From: Acidobacteriota bacterium
Lineage (GTDB): Bacteria; Acidobacteriota; Vicinamibacteria; Vicinamibacterales; 2-12-FULL-66-21
Reading direction: 5' to 3'
Assembly (NCBI GenBank): GCA_046731735.1
Contig: JBKPLP010000155.1
Coordinates: forward strand, 14,199 to 78,198
DNA: 64,000 nucleotides
Numbering within the stretch: position 1 is the stretch's first letter; each line of letters opens with the position of its first letter. Shown here in pieces: positions 18,579-25,945 of the stretch. The notes beneath the pieces were generated by a model that was not told the origin of the DNA, did not search any database, and saw nothing but the letters and a program-made list of their open reading frames with translations. The translations under genes were made by a program, and so were the position numbers.

Positions 18579-20024
18579 TTAATACTTCGACTGAGACGGG
18601 TCGATCCGGTCGATCCACTCCAGGATGCCACCCTTGAGATTGTGGATCCGCGTGAAGCCGCGCTCCTGAAGCAGCGCCACCGCCTTCGCGCTGCGCGCAC
18701 CCACTTTGCAGTGCACGACGAGATCGCGCGTCGCGTCGAGCTCCGCCGTGCGCCGGGGCAGCTCACCAAGGGGGATCAGCCTCGATCCCGCGATCCGGCA
18801 GATCTGAAACTCGTTCGGCTCCCGCACGTCGAGGAGGTCGAAGTCCTCGCCGCGGTCGATCTTCGCCTTCAAGTCTTCGACGGTGATCTCGGGAACGCCG
18901 CTGCCCGCCGGCTGCGCGTGTGCAGCGGGCACAATGCCGCAGAACTGATCGTAGTCGATGAGCGCCTTGATCGTCGGGTGATCGCCGCAGATCGGGCATT
19001 CGGGATCGCGTCGCAGCCGCAGCTCGCGGAACCGCATCTGCAGCGCGTCGTAGAGCAGCAGCCGTCCGACCAAGGGTTGGCCGGCGCCGAGGACCAACTT
19101 GATCGCTTCGGTGGCCTGAATGACGCCGATGACGCCCGGCAGCACGCCGAGCACCCCGCCTTCCGCGCAGCTCGGGACGAGACCCGGAGGAGGTGGTTCA
19201 GGATAGAGGCAGCGATAGCAGGGCCCGCCTTTCACCGCGAAGACGGACGCCTGGCCATCGAACCGGAAGATGCTGCCGTACGCGTTCGGCTTGCCCAGGA
19301 GCACGCACGCGTCGTTCACGAGGTAGCGCGTCTGGAAGTTGTCGGTTCCGTCGAGGATGACGTCGTAGTCCTTCAGCACGTCGAGCGCGTTCTTGGAGGT
19401 CAGCGTGACTTCGTGAAGGACGACGTTGACGCCCGCGTTCATCGCCATGATGCGCTCGCGCGCCGCCACGAGCTTCCGCCGTCCGACATCCGGGGTGCCG
19501 TAGATGATCTGCCGCTGCAAATTGCTCGAGTCGACGACATCGAAGTCCACAATCCCCAACGTGCCGATGCCGGCTGCCGCGAGATACATCGCCGCTGGCG
19601 CACCGAGCCCGCCGGCGCCTATGCACAGCACACTGGCCGCCTTCAGCTTGCGCTGTCCCTCGACGCCGACCTCCGGCATGATCAAATGACGGCTGTAGCG
19701 CTGCACTTCTTCACGCGTCAGTTCCGGAGCGGCGCGAACCGCCGCCCCCGACCCGCCCGCGACCGACGGCACGATGCTGATGGTGTCACCGGCCTTCAAG
19801 GTCGTCTTCTCGCGATCGAGGTGACGGATGTCTTCGTCGTTGACGTAGATGTTGACGAAGCTTCGCAGCCGTCCGTCCTCGGTGTAGAGGTGTCGGCGAA
19901 GATCGCCGTACTGGCCGATGAGCCCCTGCAGGGCATCGCCGACGGTTGTGCCTTCAACTTCGACGACGTCGCGCTTGCCGACAAACGGGCGGAGCGGCGT
20001 CGGGATCAGAATCCGATGGGCCAT
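18579..20024 (-). CDS. fusion protein: CysO/MoaD/ThiS-like sulfur-carrier domain (ends ...SVAGG) + MoeB/MoeZ-type E1 adenylyltransferase + C-terminal rhodanese
   Basis: Residues 1-91 resemble CysO-type carriers (FVNIYVNDEDIR...IVPSVAGG). These are followed by a RYSRHL / GAGGLG Rossmann fold, CxxC...CxxC, and a rhodanese domain with active-site CKVGARS. Confidence 0.85.
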   Translation of the reverse strand: MAHRILIPTPLRPFVGKRDVVEVEGTTVGDALQGLIGQYGDLRRHLYTEDGRLRSFVNIYVNDEDIRHLDREKTTLKAGDTISIVPSVAGGSGAAVRAAPELTREEVQRYSRHLIMPEVGVEGQRKLKAASVLCIGAGGLGAPAAMYLAAAGIGTLGIVDFDVVDSSNLQRQIIYGTPDVGRRKLVAARERIMAMNAGVNVVLHEVTLTSKNALDVLKDYDVILDGTDNFQTRYLVNDACVLLGKPNAYGSIFRFDGQASVFAVKGGPCYRCLYPEPPPPGLVPSCAEGGVLGVLPGVIGVIQATEAIKLVLGAGQPLVGRLLLYDALQMRFRELRLRRDPECPICGDHPTIKALIDYDQFCGIVPAAHAQPAGSGVPEITVEDLKAKIDRGEDFDLLDVREPNEFQICRIAGSRLIPLGELPRRTAELDATRDLVVHCKVGARSAKAVALLQERGFTRIHNLKGGILEWIDRIDPSQSKY

Positions 20025-20079
20025 GTCATGTCCTCAGTCGAGACGAAGAATCGCAGGCGATCGCCGGCGGGCACGGCGA

Positions 20080-21345
20080 TCAATGCCCCGCCGGCAGCAC
20101 CACCGCCGCTTCTCCCGACGAGCGAAGATACGCTTCGAAGTCCTGGAGCGATCGGCTGATTTGCACGGGCGGCGCGACGCGCGATCCGATGGTTTCCGCC
20201 GCTGTCTTGTACCCGTTGCCGGTAATGCAGATGACCACCGATTCGTCGGGCGCGATGGCGCCCGATTGCACCAGCTGAATGGTGCCGGCGAGCGTCGCGC
20301 CGCCGGCCGGCTCGGTGAAAATGCCTTCGGTTTCGGCGAGCAGCTCCATCGCCTGGAGAATCTGCTCGTCGGTCGACGCGACGCCGGTGCCACCGGTCGA
20401 CGTCACGGTCCGCACGACCTGGAACCCGTCCGCCGGGTTGCCGATCGCGATCGACTTCGCGATCGTCGACGGCTTGACCGGTTCGGGGTACTCGAGACCC
20501 TGCTCCAGCGCACGCACGACCGGCGCACAGCCCGCCGCCTGTGCCGCGTGGATCTTCGGCAGATCACCGGTGACCAGACCCACTTCGCGAAGCTCGCGGA
20601 ACGCTCTGAAGATTCGCGGCAGCAACGTACCACCGGCGACCGGAGACACCAGATGTTTCGGGAAACGCCACCCGAGCTGTTCGACGACTTCGAATCCGAG
20701 GGTTTTGGCCCCTTCCGCGTAGTAGCTGCGCAGATTGATGTTCGCGAAGCCCCATCCGAGCTTGTCGGCAACCTGCGTGCACAGCCGGTTGACGTCGTCG
20801 TAGTTGCCGCGAACCCCGATCACATGCGGCCGGAACACCGCCGACCCGAGCACCTTCCCGAGCTCGAGATCGTCCGGGATGAAGACGTAGCATTCCAGTC
20901 CGAGCCGCGCCGCGTGCGCCGACACGCTGTTCGCAAGATTTCCGGTGGACGCGCAGCCGAACACCGTGAAACCCAGTTCGACCGCGCGGGTTGCCGCGAT
21001 CGAGACCACTCGATCCTTGTACGAGAGCGTCGGATGATTGACCGAATCGTCCTTGATGAAGAGCTCCTGCAGGCCGAGCGTCCTGGCCAGGCGATCGGCC
21101 CGGACGAGCGGCGTACACCCCGAATGGAATCCGGTGCGCGGCTCACCGGTGATCGGCAGCAGCTCACGGAACCTCCACACGTTTCGAGGTCGCCGCTCCA
21201 CCACGTCGCGCGTGAGCGCGCCGCGTACGCCGTCGTAGTCGTAGACCACCTCGAGCGGACCCAGGCATTGATCGCAGACCCACAGCGCCTCGGCAGGAAA
21301 CTTCGCCCCGCACAGATGGCACTGGAGTCCCGTCATGAACGTCAT
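20080..21345 (-). CDS. threonine-synthase-family PLP enzyme (second ThrC paralog; candidate O-phosphohomoserine sulfhydrylase, MetM-like)
   Basis: N-terminal CxxC...CxxC ribbon and a PLP lysine context (PTLSYKDR). Sits between thrB and the sulfur-carrier/E1 gene. Confidence 0.8.
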   Translation of the reverse strand: MTFMTGLQCHLCGAKFPAEALWVCDQCLGPLEVVYDYDGVRGALTRDVVERRPRNVWRFRELLPITGEPRTGFHSGCTPLVRADRLARTLGLQELFIKDDSVNHPTLSYKDRVVSIAATRAVELGFTVFGCASTGNLANSVSAHAARLGLECYVFIPDDLELGKVLGSAVFRPHVIGVRGNYDDVNRLCTQVADKLGWGFANINLRSYYAEGAKTLGFEVVEQLGWRFPKHLVSPVAGGTLLPRIFRAFRELREVGLVTGDLPKIHAAQAAGCAPVVRALEQGLEYPEPVKPSTIAKSIAIGNPADGFQVVRTVTSTGGTGVASTDEQILQAMELLAETEGIFTEPAGGATLAGTIQLVQSGAIAPDESVVICITGNGYKTAAETIGSRVAPPVQISRSLQDFEAYLRSSGEAAVVLPAGH

Positions 21346-22289
21346 GCTTTACCTTTCCCTTTACCTTTCCGTCGCGCGACTGAGCTCGAGACCGCCCCGA
21401 GTCTGGTCGAAGCGCGATGCACCGGCACCGCCCTGATCGTGCAGGCGACCCGCTCCTGCCGGTACGCCTGTTTCAAAATCCGTTCTGCCGCGGCCGTCGG
21501 TCCGTTCGTGAACGCGGCGATGGATGGGCCGGCTCCGCTCAGGCAGAACCCGATCACATCAGGATGCCGCACCGAGAGCAGCCGGCGCAACCCCGGCACC
21601 AGCCGCTCCCGATACGGCTGGTGAACGCGATCGCGGAGCGCCTCCCGAAAATCGTCCGCATCAGCCGACTGGAGCGCGCCGAGGAGGAGTGCCAGCCGCT
21701 GCAGGTTGAACACCGCGTCGCCGACCGGCAGCCGACTCGGGATCGCCCGCCGCGAAAGCGGGGTCGGCAGCTCCAGTGCTGGTGTCGCGACGACGATGCG
21801 CCATGCGCGCGGCCACGGCCACCGGGCAACCCGGATCGTTCCGTCTGCCATGGCGCAGCAGCTCGTCACACCGCCAAACAAGGAAGGCGCGACGTTGTCC
21901 GGGTGCCCTTCGATCTTGGACGCTGCCGAGAGAATTTCGGCCCCGGGCCGCCTGCCGTCCACGAGTTCACGCAGCCGCAGGCCGGCCACGGTGGCGGCGG
22001 CACTGCTTCCCAGCCCGGAGCGCAGTGGAATCTCGCTATGCACTTCGACCTCGAGCGACGGAGCCCGCTTGACACGGCCGAGCGCGCGAAATCCGTCCGC
22101 GATCCGATTCGGCCCCCCGATGGGTCCGTCCACGAAATGCCACGTCAGCCTGCCGCGGCCGTCGTGCTCGATATTCCTGACGCGTAGCCGCAGATACAAC
22201 CCCACTGCAAGGCCCAGCGTGTCGAACCCGGGGCCGAGATTCGCGATGGATCCGGGCACGACAATCTCGCGTGGCCTCACGCGCTGCAT
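21342..22289 (-). CDS. thrB: homoserine kinase
   Basis: Trimmed to MQRVRPREIVVPGSIANLGPGFDTLG. GHMP kinase motif PLRSGLGSSAA. The start overlaps the sulfite reductase stop, and the stop overlaps the next ATG. Confidence 0.85.
   Translation of the reverse strand: MQRVRPREIVVPGSIANLGPGFDTLGLAVGLYLRLRVRNIEHDGRGRLTWHFVDGPIGGPNRIADGFRALGRVKRAPSLEVEVHSEIPLRSGLGSSAAATVAGLRLRELVDGRRPGAEILSAASKIEGHPDNVAPSLFGGVTSCCAMADGTIRVARWPWPRAWRIVVATPALELPTPLSRRAIPSRLPVGDAVFNLQRLALLLGALQSADADDFREALRDRVHQPYRERLVPGLRRLLSVRHPDVIGFCLSGAGPSIAAFTNGPTAAAERILKQAYRQERVACTIRAVPVHRASTRLGAVSSSVARRKGKGKGKA
21347..21370. repeat. CTTTACCTTTCC x2 (TACCTTT family)
   Basis: Lies inside the last 10 codons of the thrB ORF, where it is translated as KGKGKGKA, directly upstream of the next gene's ATG. 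Confidence 0.8.
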
Positions 22290-24127
22290 TCGCCGTCCAT
22301 GACCTCCGGATTGAACGCGTGATCTTCGCCTGGATCGATGAAGTCCTGCGGCCGGACGTCGTCGGCCGTCAGCTGCTCGAGATCCGCCACCGCGGCTCGC
22401 GCCCGCGCGGTGTCGACCCGGTGGAAGAACGTGCCGGCACTCTCGCCGTGTGCCCGTTCCACTTCGTACAGTTTCAATAAACGCTCGACCGCTTCCGGAA
22501 TGCGACGCGCGGGAATCTTCGCGGTCAGGCGGCCGAACTGTGCGCCGTCCTGTCCCTGTCCACCGCCAAGCATCAGAAAGTACTGCGGTACCGCGCGGTC
22601 GCCGAGCTTTCTCACGCTTCCCTGGAATCCGATGCTCGCCACGTGATGCTGCCCGCAGCCGTTCGGGCAGCCACTGATCTTGATCCGCGCGTCCGACGCA
22701 ATCCGCAGCAGTGCGGGCGATTGCTGCTCCAGGTTCTCTTCGATCAGTTTCGCGAGGCCTCGCGACTGCGTGACCGCGAGACGGCACGACTCGGCGCCGG
22801 GACAGCTGGTGACGTCGGTGATCGTGCCCGCGCCGGCGCGCGCGAGACCCGCGGCGGCAAGCCGTCGATACAGCCCAGGCACCTGCCCGCTGCGTACCCA
22901 CCGCAGCAGCAGGTTCTGATCCACTGTGGTGCGCACCAGGCCGTCCGCGTACGCTTTCGACAGCGCGGCGATCGCGCGCATCTGACCCGACGTGATGTCG
23001 CCGAGCTCCAGCGAAACGGTCACCTGGGAGTACTCGCTCTGTTTCTGAGGCCGCAGATTCGTCCGCAGCCACTCGCTGCGCTCACGGCCAGGGCCGCCAT
23101 CTCCTGTCTCCCGCAGCGGGACAATCCCCGGCCCCTTCACCGCGGTCGCACCGACGAGCGCGGCAATGTCGGCGATCGCCGGCGGCTCCGCGCGCTCCGA
23201 CTCAGGCGCCTGTTCAACCGGCGGATTCTCCGGATCGAAGGGCAGGCGTGCGGCGGCGGATGCGCGAAGATCCTCGAGTTCGCGCTGAAACTCGGCGTGC
23301 CACGCCTCCCAACCCATCTTCTTCACGAGGAATTTCAGCCGGTTCCGCTGCTTATGTTCGTAATCGCCATGCCGTTGGAAGACGCGCAGCACCGCTTCCG
23401 CCACCATCAGGATCTCGGATGCCGGCAGGAACTCGTACAGCGATGCGCCCGAACGGCACATGATCGACGTGCCGCCGGCGACCTGCACCCTGAAACCGCG
23501 AGCGCCGGAGCCATCCGGCGCCAGCATCGCGCGATACCCCAGGTCGTTGATTGAGGTTGCCGTATGGTCCTCGGACGCGCATCCCTCGAACGCGATCTTG
23601 AACTTGCGCGGAAGCGCGGAACTGAGCGGATGGCGCAGCAGATAGCGCGTCATCGCCTCCGCATACGGCGTGACGTCGAAGATCTCGTCGCGCGCGACTC
23701 CGGCGTGCGGGCACGCGGTGATATTGCGCACGGAGTTGCCGCACGCTTCACGCGTCGTCAATCCGCTGTCCGCGAGACGCCGCAGGGCGGGCTCTGCGTC
23801 GTGCAACTTCACGAAGTGAAACTGCACGTTCTGCCTGGTCGAAATGTGGCCGAACCCGCGTGAGTAGCGGTCGGCGACGTCGGCGAGCGCCTCCAGCTGC
23901 GCCGCATCCAGAATGCCTTGCGGGATCTTCACGCGCAGCATCTGCGCGTCCGCGTCCTGCCGTTGCCCGTACGTGCCTCGCAGCAAACGGAACCGACGCC
24001 ACTCCTCGGGTGATATGTCGCCGCGCTCGAACTGATCGAGTGTGCGCACGAACTCGTCGATGTCGTTGGTATCGGCAAAGGACAGCCGGGTGCGGCCGTA
24101 AGTGCGAGGATCGTCCAAGACTGCCAT
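22277..24127 (-). CDS. ferredoxin-dependent sulfite reductase (NirA/Sir family, siroheme-[4Fe-4S])
   Basis: Trimmed to MAVLDDPRTYGRT. Two nitrite/sulfite reductase repeats and cluster cysteines (TSCPGAESC, SGCPNGC). Adjacent to siroheme synthesis genes. Confidence 0.85.
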   Translation of the reverse strand: MAVLDDPRTYGRTRLSFADTNDIDEFVRTLDQFERGDISPEEWRRFRLLRGTYGQRQDADAQMLRVKIPQGILDAAQLEALADVADRYSRGFGHISTRQNVQFHFVKLHDAEPALRRLADSGLTTREACGNSVRNITACPHAGVARDEIFDVTPYAEAMTRYLLRHPLSSALPRKFKIAFEGCASEDHTATSINDLGYRAMLAPDGSGARGFRVQVAGGTSIMCRSGASLYEFLPASEILMVAEAVLRVFQRHGDYEHKQRNRLKFLVKKMGWEAWHAEFQRELEDLRASAAARLPFDPENPPVEQAPESERAEPPAIADIAALVGATAVKGPGIVPLRETGDGGPGRERSEWLRTNLRPQKQSEYSQVTVSLELGDITSGQMRAIAALSKAYADGLVRTTVDQNLLLRWVRSGQVPGLYRRLAAAGLARAGAGTITDVTSCPGAESCRLAVTQSRGLAKLIEENLEQQSPALLRIASDARIKISGCPNGCGQHHVASIGFQGSVRKLGDRAVPQYFLMLGGGQGQDGAQFGRLTAKIPARRIPEAVERLLKLYEVERAHGESAGTFFHRVDTARARAAVADLEQLTADDVRPQDFIDPGEDHAFNPEVMDGECSA

Positions 24128-24132
24128 ATGAG

Positions 24133-24909
24133 TTATATCCCGCTCAGACTTCGGCGCTCGGCTTCGGCGTGCCGCACCGCGTCCTGCGTTGAAAGAAGGC
24201 CAGCCAGCGCCGCGACCGCCCCGACGACGATGACGCCCGGCAGGCCGCTGTCCTCGACGGCGTCCCGCACGGCGAGTAAATCGAGCGTGCCGTGCCACTC
24301 CTCCGCCCCGGGGTGCGAGGCGCCGAACAGCACGGCCGCCGGAGTCTGCGCAGCCCAGCCCGATGCGCGCAGCTGGTCGACGATCGCCGCACGATTCGCG
24401 ATGCCCATGAGTACGACGATCGTCGCGCTGCCCGGCGCCAGCGACCGCAGCACCGGCCCATACGCCGACTCGGCATGGCCCGAGAGGACGATGAACGCAG
24501 ATGCCAGACCGCGATGCGTGACGGGAATCCCCGCAAGCAGCGGCGCCGCGATGGCGCTGCTGATTCCCGGAACGACTTCACAGGGGATGCCTGCGGCAGC
24601 GAGGGCCAGCGCCTCTTCGCCGCCGCGGCCGAACACGAACGGGTCGCCGCACTTCAGGCGGACGACCTTGTGGCCGCGCCGCGCCTCGCGAACCATCAGC
24701 CGGTTGATCGCGTCCTGCCGGATCGCCGGGCGCCCCGCGCGCTTACCGACGAAGAAACGCCGCGCGCGCGCGGCATGGCGCAACGCGGCAGTATCCACGA
24801 GCGCATCGTAGAGCACCAGATCCGCTTCCTCGAGACGCCGCACGGCCTTGACGGTGAGCAGCTCCGGATCGCCCGGGCCGGCGCCGATGAGGGAGACAGA
24901 ACCAGTCAT
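24133..24909 (-). CDS. cobA: uroporphyrinogen-III C-methyltransferase
   Basis: 258 aa with LIGAGPGDPELLT and GDPFVFGRGGEE motifs. Confidence 0.9.
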   Translation of the reverse strand: MTGSVSLIGAGPGDPELLTVKAVRRLEEADLVLYDALVDTAALRHAARARRFFVGKRAGRPAIRQDAINRLMVREARRGHKVVRLKCGDPFVFGRGGEEALALAAAGIPCEVVPGISSAIAAPLLAGIPVTHRGLASAFIVLSGHAESAYGPVLRSLAPGSATIVVLMGIANRAAIVDQLRASGWAAQTPAAVLFGASHPGAEEWHGTLDLLAVRDAVEDSGLPGVIVVGAVAALAGLLSTQDAVRHAEAERRSLSGI

Positions 24910-25697
24910 TTTTTACTCTGCGCTGGGGCCCCACCCCCAGCGCCTGCCAGCACTCGCTCATCGCTCGTGCCGCTGTTTCGATCGACATCCCGCTTAGTCA
25001 ACATCGGGGCCCCACCCTCAACGCCTGCCAGCACTCGCTCATCGCTCGTGCCGCTGGTTCGATCGACATCCCGCTTAGTCAACATCGGGGCCCCACCCTC
25101 AACGCCTGCCAGCACTCGCTCATCGCTCGTGCCGCTGGTTCGATCGACATCCCGCTTAGTCGACATCGATCTCGATGTGTAGAGCGCATTCAGGGCTTCG
25201 AGCAGCTCCGGGCGGCGTGCCTCCATCGGCACTTCCCGCTCGCGCCATGAGCGGCGCAGCTCGTGTGCGCGCTCGCTCCAACTCTCGAGATCACTCGGGA
25301 GCAGGGCATCCAGCGCTTCGCGAAGCAGTCCCGCGAGCGCGGGCGCCGCTCCGTCGGTCGAGATCCCCAGCGTCACCCCGCCCCGACGGACGACGCCGCC
25401 GAGATACACGGTGGCGTTCGCGGGATCGTCGACGGCGTTCACGAAAACCTGCCGGCGCTCCGCTGCCTCCGCCACACGGCGATTGACCTCGGGGGGCGCG
25501 GCCGCAACAACGAACCAGGCCTCGTCGACATCCGACGGCTCGAAACCCCGGCGCTCGATTCGTACGCCGGCGGCCTCGACCTCTTGGCACACGTCGGGCG
25601 CGACGACCGTCACGTCAGCGCCAGCGGCCTTCAGTGCGGCCAGCTTCGACGCGGCGACAGGACCGGCGCCGACGACGAGCACCCGGCGGCGGTGCAA
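24906..25697 (-). CDS. sirC: precorrin-2 dehydrogenase / sirohydrochlorin ferrochelatase (SirC/CysG-N type) with repeat-derived C-terminal tail
   Basis: VLVVGAGPVAASKL Rossmann fold and a VNAVDDP motif. TTG 25697 or GTG 25682 start. The last ~85 aa are encoded by the 81-bp tandem repeat. Confidence 0.75.
   Translation of the reverse strand: MHRRRVLVVGAGPVAASKLAALKAAGADVTVVAPDVCQEVEAAGVRIERRGFEPSDVDEAWFVVAAAPPEVNRRVAEAAERRQVFVNAVDDPANATVYLGGVVRRGGVTLGISTDGAAPALAGLLREALDALLPSDLESWSERAHELRRSWREREVPMEARRPELLEALNALYTSRSMSTKRDVDRTSGTSDERVLAGVEGGAPMLTKRDVDRTSGTSDERVLAGVEGGAPMLTKRDVDRNSGTSDERVLAGAGGGAPAQSKK
24925..25167. repeat. 81-bp tandem repeat x3
   Basis: Copies start at 24925, 25006 and 25087 and differ by only a few substitutions. 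The unit is ~GGGGCCCCACCCTCAACGCCTGCCAGCACTCGCTCATCGCTCGTGCCGCTGGTTCGATCGACATCCCGCTTAGTCAACATC. Confidence 0.95.
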
Positions 25698-25743
25698 CTT
25701 CAGGAACGCTGGGAACAGGGCGATGACGGCAACTCCTTTCCAT

Positions 25744-25786
25744 GAAAAACAAAAAGCCCGGGAGGTGTCTGGCCTCCCGGGCTTCG
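25744..25786 (-). terminator. intrinsic terminator / attenuator hairpin upstream of sirC
   Basis: Minus strand reads AAGCCCGGGAGG-ccagaca-CCTCCCGGGCTT followed by TTTGTTTTT. The 12-bp GC stem lies 20 nt after the poly-Cys leader stop. Confidence 0.8.
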
Positions 25787-25809
25787 TTATGTCTCGTGCG
25801 TTGAATGCT

Positions 25810-25908
25810 TTAGAACATCACGCCTGGACCGAAGGCAGGGAAGCCCCGAATGCTGCACATACAGCAGCAGCAGCAACAATTACAGGCGCAGGGGTTCCCG
25901 TAGAGCAT
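25810..25908 (-). CDS. candidate polycysteine leader peptide (32 aa)
   Basis: ATG CTC TAC GGG AAC CCC TGC GCC TGT AAT TGT TGC TGC TGC TGC TGT ATG TGC AGC ATT CGG GGC TTC CCT GCC TTC GGT CCA GGC GTG ATG TTC TAA = MLYGNPCACNCCCCCCMCSIRGFPAFGPGVMF. Confidence 0.6.
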   Translation of the reverse strand: MLYGNPCACNCCCCCCMCSIRGFPAFGPGVMF

Positions 25909-25915
25909 TTTGCTG

Positions 25916-25945
25916 TTTATACCCCACCTCAGGCCGGAATCGCAA
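25916..25945 (-). promoter_or_regulatory. candidate promoter TTGCGA-N18-TATAAA for the poly-Cys leader (near-leaderless)
   Basis: Minus strand reads TTGCGAttccggcctgaggtggggTATAAAcagcaaaATG. The -35 element lies in the last codons of thrC. Confidence 0.35.

Noticed and set aside
24925-25167. Could the 81-bp x3 repeat, or any of the heptamer arrays, be a CRISPR array?
   Set aside because: The repeats are directly adjacent, with no unique spacers between them. The unit lengths and architecture do not fit CRISPR, and no cas genes are present in the window.
25744-25786. The hairpin plus U-tract after thrC read as a simple operon-end terminator for ask-hom-thrC.
   Set aside because: This is not fully rejected, since it may also serve that role. 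However, it lies ~140 nt beyond the thrC stop, directly after a poly-Cys ORF, and has plausible alternative pairings. The attenuator interpretation explains more of the sequence.
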